Notes: a model not told the origin generated them from the sequence alone. Counted from the first letter of the stretch, positions 25,481-39,767 are shown. The stretch is 64,000 nucleotides of DNA from an uncultured Mycoplasmataceae bacterium (GCA_947165235.1 CAMUZN010000001.1:170242-234241); one strand, 5' to 3'. Translations and numbers: made by a program.

Positions 25481-26044
25481 TTATTTGTTGAGTAAATTAC
25501 TTTTTTGAAGATTTTTTAAAATAACCGTAATTGCTCGTAAAATATCTTCACTTGTTTTGTTGCCAATGACTTGTCCTATACCATAAACATTTTTTCATAT
25601 TGTTTCATTATTTTCATTAACAATTAATTGGCCATTGTTTTTTAGCATTCCTTTTGGTAAATAATCGCTTTCTAAATTAGCGGCGATAACTATTGCTTTT
25701 ACTTCCCAAAAAGAATTATTTGTTGTTGCCAAGAGATATCTTCCATTATCTAAACATTGGAAAAAGCAAACACATCCATAAAAATATTTGACATATTGAT
25801 TATTTGTTGCTTGTTTAAATAAAGAATAGCTCAAATCCTTTCCAGTAATTTCGCGGTGGTCAAAAATATTTTGAATCTTATCCATTTTAAGCAAAATTCC
25901 ACCAGGTACGTCTTTTTCAAATAATCCGGTTTCAATTTTATTTTGTCCACAAGCGATTGTCATCAACATACCTGCCAAACCCGCCCCAATAACAACAACA
26001 TCAAATTTATGCGAATCAACGACAATATTTCGTTCTAACCCCAT
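25481..26044 (-). CDS. Short FAD-binding oxidoreductase (thioredoxin-reductase-like, lacking the central NAD(P)H domain)
   Basis: Track ORF 25595..26044, extended across TGA to a TAA at 25481 (187 aa). It has an N-terminal dinucleotide fold (DVVVIGAGLAGM) and a C-terminal VYGIGQVIG-type motif. Its ATG overlaps the lgt stop. Confidence 0.6.
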
Positions 26045-27081
26045 TATTTATCTCCATAATAAACTTGTTCCTCAAATGAACGTTTAATAATAATCTTAAT
26101 TTTTTTCATTTCATAAAGTGGGTATTTTTTTTTATTTAAGAGATGTTTTATTTTATGGCAAAAATATTTATTATTTTCGTTTAAATATTTCAATAAATTT
26201 TTTATTGAAAATCAAATTTTTATTTGACGAATTTTTTTGGCAAAGATATGATTTAAAACAATGGCGATAACACCAAAGGCAATTCAACAATATGACATGA
26301 TAAAAGTTTCAAAATATGTAAATTGTGAATCCCGATATTTTTCAAGAATACAACGAACAATTCCATATCACACAAAATACAAAAAACCTAAATCACCTGC
26401 TTTGCGTTTTTTAATAAATTCAATTCCAAAATAAATAATTAAAAAACCACAAAAATTTATGATTGATTCTCAAAGAAATAATGGTTGACAATATGCTTGT
26501 TGTTGTGCAATATACATATAAGGTAAATGGTCATGAAGAAATTGTTTTAATTGTTGTGAAGTAACAACTGCTCCATAAATTTCTTGATTAAAATAATTTC
26601 CTCATCTTCCGATTGCTTGTCCAATTAAAATTGTTGGAATTGCCGCATCAAAATACAATAAAGAACTAATTTTTGTTAAAAATTGTTTGGAATTGTAAAC
26701 ATTCTTAATTTTAAAATTTTTTGATGATAGAAAAATATTGATGATGATTACCGAGAGTAAAATCGTAAAAGCTACTCCCCCTTGAATTGCTAAACCTTGA
26801 ATGTTAAAAAAAGAAATATTAGAAAAATCGTGTGTAATCACTTTTGATCAAATCATCGCTAAAAAAGGACCAAGACAAACAATAATTGGAACGATATACA
26901 AAATTGGTTCTTTTGGAATTTTATAGAACTTTCAAATTTTAAAAACTGTTAGCAAAATTGCGGTTGTAAAAGCTAATCAAAGAAAAATTGAATATCATCG
27001 AATAGGAAAGGAAAACAAATGAAAAGCGATGTCACTTACACCAGAAATTCATTTTTTTTGGGGAATTAAATCGCTTGTCAT
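26044..27081 (-). CDS. lgt: Prolipoprotein diacylglyceryl transferase
   Basis: Reading multiple in-frame TGAs as Trp gives 345 aa from the ATG at 27081. The conserved motif GRWGNYFNQEIYG is present, and the protein is polytopic. Confidence 0.85.
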
Positions 27082-27980
27082 TGTTTATCGGTTTTTTTAA
27101 TTAAAAGAGAATTATGTTTTTTAATTAAAAAGATGTTTTTTTCTAAGCGATTAAATTTCATATTTTTTTGTGAAAAAATAAAATTTTTTACATTAATAAT
27201 TTTTCCTAAATTTATATTTTTAATTTTCTTTTCTTTTAAAAATAAATAAATCAAATTGTTCAATTTATTTTGCTTATTTTTTTTAAAAAAATCAAGATCA
27301 AAATTTTGTTTTTTTCATTTGCTAAAAATTGCCAAAATTTTCTTCTCATGAAAATGTTGGAAAAAATTACGAACAGCAAATTTTAAAAAAATAAATTTTT
27401 TCTTAATATTTGAATACGATGATAAAATTTTTCGGACTTTATTGCGATCATACATATCAGTTTCATTAGTCCAATCAAGCGCATAATTAATATTGTTTTT
27501 CTTGCAATATTTTTCTAATGATTTTTTTGTTTTACCAATTAAAGGGCGGTAAATTATTAAATTTTTGTAATAATTTATTTTTTTTATCCCATAATAAAAA
27601 TTCATTGATTTTTTATTTTGTTGCATAATTGCTGTTTCCAAAAAATCATCAAATTGGTGTGCAATTAATAGGTTAAAAATTTGGTATTTAGATGCAATTT
27701 TCACGAAAAAATTATAGCGAAGATCGCGAGCTAAAGTTTGAAAATTTTTTTCGGTTGCTTTTTTATAACAATCATCACTTATGTCTAAACATTCAAAAAT
27801 TATGTTATTTTTTTGACAGTATTGTTGCACAATTTGCATATCAATATTACTATTTTCTCGTTTATGATAGTTGATATGACAAACAACTTTTATTACATCT
27901 TTGTATTTATTAAGAAGAGCCATCGAATCAGGACCACCTGAAATCCCAGCTAGATAACTACCTTTTTTTCTAATAAACAT
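27066..27980 (-). CDS. tilS: tRNA(Ile)-lysidine synthase
   Basis: Fragments 27078..27263 and 27315..27989 are in frame. PP-loop motif SGGPDSMAL is present. ATG at 27980, TAA at 27066. Confidence 0.85.
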
Positions 27981-28034
27981 TTCTCTCAATTATTATTTTA
28001 ATTTTAAATAAAACAAAATAAATTATGTTTTAAT

Positions 28035-30497
28035 TTAATTGCTAGTTGGTTGAGCAAAAACAGCGGCAGAAACAATTTTATCATCTTGGTCCACAACAAT
28101 TAATTTAACTCCTGAAGTTGCACGTCCACGATCATTAAAAGGAGATAAATTTGTCTTTAATACATTTCCTTTTTTTGTAAGTAGAAGAATATCTTCATTA
28201 CCACTAACAATTGTTGTGTAAACAAGTTTACCTGTTTTTGGTGTTATTTTTAAAGTGGTTACGCCTTTTGATCCACGGTTAGTTAGACGGTATAGATTAA
28301 CATCGCTAATTTTACCAATTCCTTTTTCACCAATTGATAAAATTTTGCTACCACCAAGATATGAAGTACTAAAACCAACTAAATAACCTTGGTCAATTTT
28401 AATTCCTCGAACACCAGTGGCTGTTCGACCCATATTACGGATTTGATTAGCTTTAAAACGTACTAATTTTCCTGTGGCATTTCCTAAATACACTTCATCG
28501 TTATCACTAACTAGTTTGACATCAAATAATTTGTCATCATCTTTTAGCGATACAGCAATTTTACCAGTTTTATTAATATGTTGGTATTCAACTAAAGCTG
28601 TTTTCTTAACAATTCCTTTAATTGTTGCAAACATTAACGAAAGGTTTGGTGAATAGTCTTTAATTGGTAAAATTGTCACAATTTTTTCTGTCTTTTCAAT
28701 TTGTAAAAAGTTAATTGCTGGAACACCTTTAGCTTGGCGTGAACCAATAGGTATTTCATGACCACGTAAACGATAAACTTTACCATAATTTGTAAAAATT
28801 AAAATATCTGTATGTGTATTAGCAGTAACTAGTTTCATCACATTGTCATCACTATGAACTTGCATTGCTGTTACTCCTACACCACCACGTTTTTGGTTAC
28901 GGAAAGTATTAATTGGCATGCGTTTTAAATAACCATTAATTGACATTGTAATCACAATGTCTTCAACCGGAATTAAATCTTCATTATTAATTGATGCTAC
29001 ACCATCAACAATAATTTCTGTTTTTCGTTCATCACCAAATTTTTTTGCTAATTCATCCAATTGACGAATAATGAAATCAATTTGTTGATCATGACTACTC
29101 AAAAGATTGTTGTAATTTTTAACATCATTATTTAATTTATCAACTTCATTAGAAATTTTTGTTTTTTCCATCATTGATAATGAACGCAATTTCATTTCAA
29201 GTATTGCCTTAGATTGAATTGGTGATAGTTGGTAATTATTTGTTAGTGCTTCTAAAATAGCTTTGTCACTTGGAGCATTACGAATCAATTTAATAATAGC
29301 ATCAATATTTTTCAATGCAATTATCAAACCATTTAAAATATGTAAACGATTTTGAGCAATTTTTAAATTAAATTTTGTTTTACGAATAAGAACATCAATT
29401 TGGTGGTCTAAGTAAATTTGCAAAGTGGATTTAATGTTTAACATTTTTGGTTCTGTTCCAACAAGGGCTAACATATTAACAGCAAAATTTGTTTGTAGTT
29501 TTGTCATCTTAAATAGGTTATTTAAAAGGATTTCAGGAATAGTACCACGTTTTAATTCGATAACAATTCGTATTCCTAAATGGTTTGATTCATCACGCAA
29601 ATCGGTAATCCCATCAATTTCTTTATCTTTTACCAATTCGGTAATTTTTTCAACTAATTGTTGTTTGTTTACCATATAAGGTATTTCTTTAACAATTAAT
29701 CGGTTTTTACCACCATCTAAGTGTTCAATATCAACTTTTGCTCGAACGGTGATTGAGCCTTTTCCAGTAGAAAAATAATCTTTTATTCCTTGTGTACCAA
29801 TAATTTGAGCAGCAGTTGGAAAATCAGGTCCTTTAAGAACTTGCATAATATCCTCACAAGTTGCGGATGGATTTTTTGCAACAACTTTTATTCCTTCAAT
29901 AATTTCTTTTAAATTATGGGGAGGAATATTAGTTGCCATTCCTACAGCGATTCCGCTTGAACCATTAGCTAATAAATTAGGAAAAATTGCTGGTAAAACA
30001 ACGGGTTCTTTTTCACTTGCATCATAATTATCAGTGAAGTCAACGGTTTCTTTGTCGATATCAACAAGCATTGTATCAGCTAGTTTTGCCATTCGTGCTT
30101 CGGTATAACGCATTGCAGCAGCCGAATCACCATCAATTGAACCAAAATTACCATGACCATCAATCAACGGATAACGTAGTGAAAAATCTTGGGCTAAACG
30201 CACCATTGTGTCGTAGACAGCAACATCACCATGGGGATGATATTTACCAATTACTTCACCAACTAAACGAGCTGATTTTTTATATTGACTATTAGAAGTC
30301 ATTCCAAGATTTCAAGCTGCAAATAAAACTCGACGGTGGACAGGTTTAAAACCATCACGAGCATCAGGGATTGCTCGTGCGACAATTACTGACATCGCAT
30401 AATCAAGAAAAGAAGTTTGTAATTCTTTTGTTATTTCACGTTGTTTTTCGTTGCTAACTGCAAGTTGATCTTTGATTAATTTATCTGAATTAGACAT
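28035..30497 (-). CDS. gyrA: DNA gyrase subunit A
   Basis: Fragments 28035..30302 and 30312..30497 are in frame (820 aa). Contains [10 protein letters not shown], the HPHGD QRDR region, the AAMRYTE active-site Tyr, and C-terminal beta-pinwheel repeats. Confidence 0.97.
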
Positions 30498-30511
30498 TAA
30501 TTATTTCCTTT

Positions 30512-32724
<2,213 letters not shown>

Positions 32725-32806
32725 AACCAAATTATATATTTTTTATCTTCAATATTTTAGATAAAAAAAACAAAAAATATTCCCATTTTTCCTATCATTA
32801 TCTCTA

Positions 32807-32812
32807 TATAAT
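32807..32812 (+). promoter_or_regulatory. -10 box (TATAAT) for ssrA
   Basis: A perfect TATAAT ends 7 nt before the tmRNA 5' end GGGAGUG. Confidence 0.4.
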
Positions 32813-32819
32813 AACAAAT

Positions 32820-33213
32820 GGGAGTGTAAAGATTCGACATTGTATTTTTGGTTTAAGTTGCAGTGGGGTTTGCCCCTTATCGCTAAGGCACAAATACGTG
32901 CAGAACAAGATCAAGCTAAGTGAAATGAAACAGCTTTCGTTTCACCACAAGGTCAAAATAAATATTATTTCGCAAGTCTTGCTTAATTAATATTTAACAG
33001 TCATTGGTGTTTTATCACTTAACACTAGTGATTTAAAATTAAGTGATATATCTAATTGATGCTAATAAATTGGATGAAAATAATTAGCTATTTTGGTATC
33101 GTGTTTGTTTTAATACACAAGAATACCAATGAAGCTTAAAATTAAAACTAAACTGTAGATGCTTAAATTCGAAAACCCAATGGAAGTGAGTGCGATTCTC
33201 ACCACTTCCACCA
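32820..33213 (+). ncRNA. ssrA: Transfer-messenger RNA
   Basis: The 5' end GGGAGUGUAAAGAUUCGAC pairs with the 3' CACUUCC-ACCA, including a G3.U pair. A T-arm GUGAG-UGCGAUU-CUCAC is present. An internal tag frame ends ...NKYYFASLA-UAA. Confidence 0.9.
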
Positions 33214-33240
33214 TTAAACGAACATATTCATATATGTTTT

Positions 33241-33330
33241 GGAAATGTACTCAAGTGGTTAAGAGGGCACACTGCTAACGTGTTAGATCAAGTAATTGGT
33301 GCGTGGGTTCGAATCCCACCATTTCCGCCA
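33241..33330 (+). tRNA. tRNA-Ser (anticodon GCU), CCA encoded
   Basis: Acceptor GGAAATG/CATTTCC, anticodon loop CU-GCU-AA, a long variable arm, and T-arm GTGGG-TTCGAAT-CCCAC. Ends GCCA. Confidence 0.9.
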
Positions 33331-33340
33331 TAGATAAAAT

Positions 33341-33372
33341 AAAAGAGTGTCAAAACTCTTTTATTTTTTTTT
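33341..33372 (+). terminator. Intrinsic terminator after tRNA-Ser (overlaps last codons of convergent pta)
   Basis: An 8-bp stem AAAAGAGT/ACTCTTTT with a 6-nt loop, followed by ATTTTTTTTT. Confidence 0.7.
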
Positions 33373-34314
33373 AATTTGCATTAATGTTAAAATAATTGTT
33401 CCGATGATATCTTCAATAGTTGCCCCACGCGACAAATCACTTATTGGGGAAGATAAACCTAATATGATTGGGCCATAACATTTATATCCACCTAATTGTT
33501 GTGCAATTTTATAACCAATATTAGCGGAATTTAATTCGGGGAAAATATAAACATTTGGTTTTGATTTTCATTGACAATTTTTTATTTTTTTTACCCGTAT
33601 TTGTCGGTTATAGGCAGCATCAAATTGCATTTCACCATAAAATTCATAGTTAGTTTTTCTTGCAATTTGCTTTGCTAATATACATGATTTTTTTATATCA
33701 TCAATTAATCTTCCTTTTCCACTATTATTTGTTGAATAACTTAAAAAACAACATATTGGTTTTTTTACGTTTAATATATTTTTAGCAAAATCACAAGCCA
33801 TGATTGCAATTTTAGCTCGTTGCTGATAATTGGGTGAAATATTTAAAGCACAATCAGAAAAGACCAATATTTCTTCATCTTTTTGTAAAACACAAAGAGA
33901 AGAAATAAAATCATTTTCATTTTTTCTTAAAATTTCTATTGCTGGTTTAAAAACATCTTTGGAAAAAAAGTTAAGACCAGAAATTTGGGCATCAACTTCT
34001 TGCATTTTTAACATTAAGCAACAAAGGTAATTAGGTTGCTGTACGAGATTTTTAGCTTGTTGGAAATTTATCTTTTTCTTTAATAATGTGTGAAGAAATT
34101 GTGCATATTTGGTTAGATTGATTGTATCAATTGTAATAGATTTGAAAGGGAATTTTTTAGGTATATTGTTTTTACTTTTAAATACAAAGATTGGATCAAT
34201 ATATTTGTTTAATTGTTTGATTGCTTGTTGTAATAATAAACTATTACCATCACTAAAAATAACTTTTGGTTTATTTTTTATTTTAGGTATCTTTCTATTA
34301 AAATTAGAAATCAT
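33361..34314 (-). CDS. pta: Phosphate acetyltransferase
   Basis: Track ORF 33568..34314, extended across TGA to a TAA at 33361 (317 aa). The C-terminal part reads NVYIFPELNSANIGYKIAQQLGG...GPIILGLSSPISDLSRGA, which is typical of Pta. Confidence 0.85.
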
Positions 34315-34967
34315 AAATTATTAAAAAATTATATTTTTTTATTCACAAAACTATTTGAAAGATGCAAGTGATTTTAAACTATTTTAAAAATGAATAATTA
34401 ATATTTTTTAATCTTTTAAATCAAAGGTGTATCAAGGCCATAATAACATTATGATCAATGAAAAGTTTAAAAATATACTAATACTAAAATGGTTAAAATT
34501 ACTCCCCATCATTTATTAACGGTTGGTATTAGCTTTCATCTAATTTAATATAGATCAAGGATCTTGATAATTATCAAAATACTGTTAATAATGAAACTAT
34601 AGTTAGATGACAAATATAGGGAATTTAATTGAGAAATTCAAATTATAAAATGATAACTATTTTTAAAAAAAGAATTCATGAATTAAATGAAAAAATACAT
34701 TGCATTAAAAATGAATATGATGAATTGAAAAATTTAATATACAATTTGTGGGATTATTTTATGAAATTATTTTAGAACAAAAGTTCGAATTCGTCCAAAT
34801 AATAAATGTCACTCCAATTATCATCTAAATACAATAACTTATTATTTATTGACTACACAAGTAATCACCATTTATTTCGATCAAAATTTTTATTAATTTA
34901 TTTCACAAAGTATTAAGTAAAAAATTTATTTTTTTTTTTACGAGTAAAATTATTAAAATACACCATT

Positions 34968-37900
34968 ATGAATGATTTAAACAACCAGCAAAAAAAACAT
35001 GTTAACATTGGTTTAGATATTGGTACAACCTCTGTTGGTTGAGCTATTATTGATAATGACTACAATGTCATTGATTATGGAGTGAGATTGTTTACTGATC
35101 CTTGTGAAGAAAAAACTGGACACCCAAAAAACGAACAACGACGAGAAAAACGATGCCAACGAAGAATGCTTCGTAGAAGAAAACATCGTAAAGAACGTTT
35201 CATTCAATTAATTTTAAAAAATAAAGATATATTTTCTTTTAATAAAAAGGAAGAAATAATGGCGGTATTGGAACATGAAATTGAATTGCCTTGAGATGTA
35301 AAAGTTAGAGGTTTACAATCACAACTACCAAAAGAAAAATTAATCTATATTCTTTATCATTATTTATCTCATCGTGGTTTTACCTATTTAGAAGATAGTG
35401 ATCAAGAAAGTAATAAAGATAATGATCAAGTTGAGTTGGGTTATATACCAGATCAAATAAAAAAAATAACGAACGGTGAAAAAGAATTTAATAATTTATC
35501 ATTTCCTTCACAAAAGCAATGTTTTGCTTTTAAGATATTAAAATATCAAGACTCTAAATTAAATCGGTCTTTTTCAATGCAAAATTGGGAAAAGGAAATC
35601 GAAAAAATTTTGTCTAATCAAACATATTTATCTCATGATTTTAAAACTAAATATCTTGATTTATTTTCTACATATCGAGATTATAGTATTGGTCCTGGTT
35701 CTGAAAAATCGCCGAGTTCTTATGGGTTATATACCAAAGTATATGATACTAAGTCACAAAAATATATTGTTAAATGTAAAGGAAATAATTTGTGAGATTG
35801 TCTAGTTGGTAAATGTAGTTATTTTGATGGTTCGGATGGTAACAAACCAGAACAAAGAATTGAAATTAATTCCGCATCAGCTACTATTTTTAACTTATTA
35901 AATGATTTGCAAAATTTGCGAAAAATTTCAAATAGAGAATGAAGAATTTCTAAAAATGAAAAAAAGTTAATTTTTAGTTCTTTATTTGAAAAGGCAGGTG
36001 AATTGACAATAAAAAAATTGTCTACTATTTTTAAATGTGATCCTGATGATATTGATGGTTATCGTACAAGTGGTAAAAAAGGTAAAGGCAAAAAAAATAA
36101 ACCCATTTTTACAGAAGTAAAAAGTATAAAAATTGCATTGAATTTTTTGAAAATTCCAGTAAAGAATTTCGTTGAATCACTATGACAAAAAAATTTTAGT
36201 TACATTAATAAAATTAATTGCTTAATACATTTAAAGTCAACTTTCAAGAATCCGGAAAAATTGTATGCTGAATTTATAAAAATATTTCATGATTTAAATA
36301 CCAATTACGGTTTTAAAACTGGTGTGGAAATACATTCAAATAAAAATTTTAGTGATATAAAATCTTCTAAAAAGTATTCTGCATATTCACAAAAAGCTTT
36401 GAATGAAATATTTATTCCAAAATTACTTGATGATGAATTAGGGAATAATTCTGAATGTATTCGTCATGAATTTAACAAATACAATCCACAAAATATAAAA
36501 ATTAATTCCAAAACAATAAATATTGATTCTCTTAAAATTAATGAAAATATTTTTTCACCTACTGTTGTTCGATCAGTTCGGCAAACATTTAAAGTGATAA
36601 ATGCGATTTTAAAATCAAAAAAATATTCGAATTGTATTTTTGATTATTTATCGCTTGAAATGTGCCGAGATAAAAATACAAAAGAAGCACGAGATAGAAT
36701 TTATAATAACCAATCATTAGATGAGGCACAAAATAAAGAAATACAAGAATATACAAATAATTTAGAAATTTCAAACACAATTAAATTAAAAATTCTTCTT
36801 GCAAAATCGCAAGATTGATTTGATCCATATGATTTAAAGGAAATAGAAAAACCAAAACCTAACTCCAAAGATGATTTAATAAAATGGAGCGGGAAATATG
36901 AAATTGATCATATAATTCCTTCTAAATATTTTCATGATAATTCACGTTCAAATAAAGTTTTAACATCACATGAAAATAATTTTGAAAAAGCCAAAAGAAC
37001 CCCGTATGAATGATTAGGGAGCAAATCAAATTGAAGCGATTTAGTTGTAAATTTTAAACCGAGAAAATTTATTAATGGTGAATGAATTTTAGATAAAGAA
37101 AAAATAAAAAATTTTCAATTAACAGATGTTGGTACAGATATTTCAATCCAAATGAATCCACGGAAACTAGTCGATACACGATACACAACCAAATTTGTTT
37201 ATGATAATCTTAGAAATTTTTTTAATAACAATTCTTTCTATGATGTAAATAGACCAAAAATTTTTACGATAAACGGGGCGGTTACTAGTTATTTCCGCAA
37301 TAAATTTTGTAGTGATAAAGAATACAACTTTAAAGAATTTAAGAAAGATCGTGATAATTTCGAGCATCATGCAATAGACGCAATTATTGTCGCATTATTT
37401 TCGATATTACCACTGGAATTCGTCAATTTATTTAGAAAATTAAGTTCATTAAGTCAACAACCAAAGCAATTAGGTCTTACAAAGGAGCAAGAGGAAATTA
37501 AAGGCATTTATAAACATATTATTGATAAAAAATTATTACTTAATAAACAATTTGATCATTTAAAAATAAAAAAGATTGTTGAATGAATTAATAATAATAA
37601 GCCGAAATTTTCACGTATGCTAGAAACCCATAATAATATTGAATTTTTTAATGAATCAAATTATTCATATTCTTTAGATATAAACAATAATGTTATTACT
37701 AAAGAAAAAATTTCTATTTTTGATGATGGGAAAGTTAAGGATATTTTTTATTTATTTGATGATCAAGCTAAACGAAAAGAATCTTTTACAAATGCAAAAT
37801 GTTTACTAAATACTGAAACTATGGAATATTTAAAGCAAATTTATATTGATGGTAAATCTCAAAATAAAATTAATCCTTTTAAAGGGTATATGGAAAGGGA

Positions 37901-38432
37901 ATATGGTGATAAAAATCCATCTTATCTTAAATTTAATTTAAATGGTGTTGAAAATAAGATTAAAAATATATCCTTTGCTTTTTTTACAGATAAAGGAATA
38001 AATAATTATTTTGTCAATAAAAAAATTGGTTGTATTAATACTTCGTTTAAATCAGTTGCTATTGATTGTTATTTTAAGGATAGTAAATGGTTTGTAGTTC
38101 CTTTAAATGTCGAAACATACGATTTTAATAGAAAGAAGAAAAAGGACGGTTATTTCACCATGTTGCAAAAGATGAATTTAAATCCCAATAATTTTAAATT
38201 TCAAATAAAAAAAGGCCAAACTTTTATTGATAATAATGGGGATCTTTTTTATTATGTAAGTTATTCATATGTGAATAAAACTATTGAAATAAAGCCAATC
38301 GACCATGTTTATAAGGCAAAAAATGGGAAAAGTACTATTCAGTTATTAAAAACAATTAATCAATTTTTTAAAAATTTTAAAATTTGCGATCTTGATATAT
38401 TAGGTAACAAATATTTAAGAAAAGATATATAA
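34968..38432 (+). CDS. cas9: Type II-A CRISPR-associated endonuclease Cas9 (1154 aa)
   Basis: Seven track fragments (35082.., 35436.., 36003.., 36261.., 37152.., 37617..38432) share one frame with the ATG at 34968, and I read every gap and found only TGA. Motifs present: RuvC-I IGLDIGTTSVGWAII; Arg-rich bridge helix RREKRCQRRMLRRRKHRKERF; RuvC-II LSLEMCRD; HNH YEIDHIIPSKYFHDNSRSNKVLT; RuvC-III HHAIDAIIVA. Confidence 0.95.
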
Positions 38433-38433
38433 T
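38428..38433 (+). promoter_or_regulatory. -10 box (TATAAT) for tracrRNA, overlapping the cas9 stop codon
   Basis: TATAAT at 38428..38433. A G at 38441 lies 8 nt downstream, where the tracrRNA 5' hairpin begins. Confidence 0.35.
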
Positions 38434-38440
38434 AATAAAT

Positions 38441-38561
38441 GTTAATCGTAAGATTAACAGGCAACAACAATGTAATACTGCACCGGGATAAGGCTTTATG
38501 CCGTAACCGGTTGAGTAAAATCAACCTAAGATACTATAACCATTTGGTTATAGTATTTTTT
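38441..38561 (+). ncRNA. tracrRNA
   Basis: Anti-repeat 38452..38489 (GATTAACAGGCAACAACAATGTAATACTGCACCGGGAT) is complementary, with G.U pairs, to the CRISPR repeat. It is followed by the nexus-like AAGGCTTTATGCCG, hairpin GGTTGA-GTAAAA-TCAACC, and an 11-bp terminator hairpin (38531..38556) plus TTTTT. The 5' end is not mapped. Confidence 0.85.
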
Positions 38562-38575
38562 ATTTCTTTTTGTTA

Positions 38576-39454
38576 ATGGGATGAAAAATAATCGATATTG
38601 AATCAAATAGTCAAGTTAAATTATTTTTAAACAATTTAATAATATTTAGAGATTTTAAGAAAATTACAATTCCTTTATGTGATATTGATGTGGTGGTATT
38701 TGATAATATTAAAACTACCGTTACAATTAGATTGATTAATCAATTGACAAAAAATAATATTCTTACAATTATTTGTAATGAAAAACATTTACCTTCATCA
38801 TTAATAGTTCCGCAAATTGGTAATTTTAATTCATTAAAAATTTTAGAAAAACAAATTAATTGAAATGTTAAATATAAGCATTTGAAGTGAAAAGAAATAG
38901 TAACCCATAAAATCTTAAATCAAGTCGAAATCTTAAAACATTTTAATTTAAAATTTGATACTCATTTTTTTAATGAAATTCTTTTAGAAATTAGACCATT
39001 CGATATTTCTAATCGTGAAGGTCATGCGGCGAAAGTATATTGACATACATTATATGGAAAAGAATTTAGTCGTCATGACGATAATGATATTAATCATATG
39101 CTAAATTATGGTTATTCGATTTTGTATTCATATTTTAGTCGAAGTATTATTAAAAAAGGTTTAGATCCAAGAATATCAATTTTTCATAAATCTTTTGATA
39201 ATTATTTTGCATTATCTAGTGATTTAATGGAAGAATTTCGTCCATTAATTGATTGATATGTCTATAAGGTAAATCAATCAAAAGAGAAAATATTAATTGT
39301 CGATGTCAAAACAAATATATTAAAATTATTTAATCAGAAATGTATGATCGTTGATAAAAAATATTTTATTCCTCAAGCAATCGATATTTACATTGATAAT
39401 CTTGTAAACGAGAGAGAAATACCAAAAGTTAATTTTTTATATGATGAATATTAA
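38576..39454 (+). CDS. cas1: CRISPR-associated endonuclease Cas1
   Basis: 292 aa in code 4; the track shows no ORF here because of 7 in-frame TGAs. Contains SNREGHAAKVYW, NHMLNYGYSILYS, FHKSFDNYFALSSDLMEEFRP. Confidence 0.9.
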
Positions 39455-39767
39455 GTATATGCGTATCTTATTAATGTTTGACTTACCAATAGAGACTAAA
39501 TCCCAACAAAAGCAATATTCTAGATTTCATAAATCTTTAATTTCACATGGATTTATCATGATTCAATATTCAATTTATGTAAAAATTGTTAATACAGAAT
39601 CAAAAGTACAAAGAGTTATTGATAAAATAAAAATAGATTTACCTTCACATGGTAATATTAGAATTTTAGTGGTTACGGATAAACAATACCAAGATATGAT
39701 TTTTTTAGTTGGTGATAAGAATTTAAATGAACAGATAAATACGAATGAAAGATATATAAAATGCTAA
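39441..39767 (+). CDS. cas2: CRISPR-associated endoribonuclease Cas2
   Basis: 108 aa with MRILLMFDLP (beta1 Asp) and QYSIYVK. It overlaps the cas1 end and the csn2 start. Confidence 0.85.
   Translation: MMNIKYMRILLMFDLPIETKSQQKQYSRFHKSLISHGFIMIQYSIYVKIVNTESKVQRVIDKIKIDLPSHGNIRILVVTDKQYQDMIFLVGDKNLNEQINTNERYIKC

Noticed and set aside
32731-32819. A replication origin or dnaA region upstream of yaaA-gyrB-gyrA.
   Set aside because: dnaA and dnaN are absent from this window, and I did not see a cluster of DnaA-box-like 9-mers. The gap is adequately explained by the divergent promoters of ssrA and yaaA.
34320-34650. A possible second tracrRNA or small RNA, and a 34-codon minus-strand ORF (MMGSNFNHF...), in the pta-cas9 gap.
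   Set aside because: There is no anti-repeat complementarity, no convincing terminator, and only a 6-bp hairpin (ATCAAG-GAT-CTTGAT). The ORF has no supporting signals.
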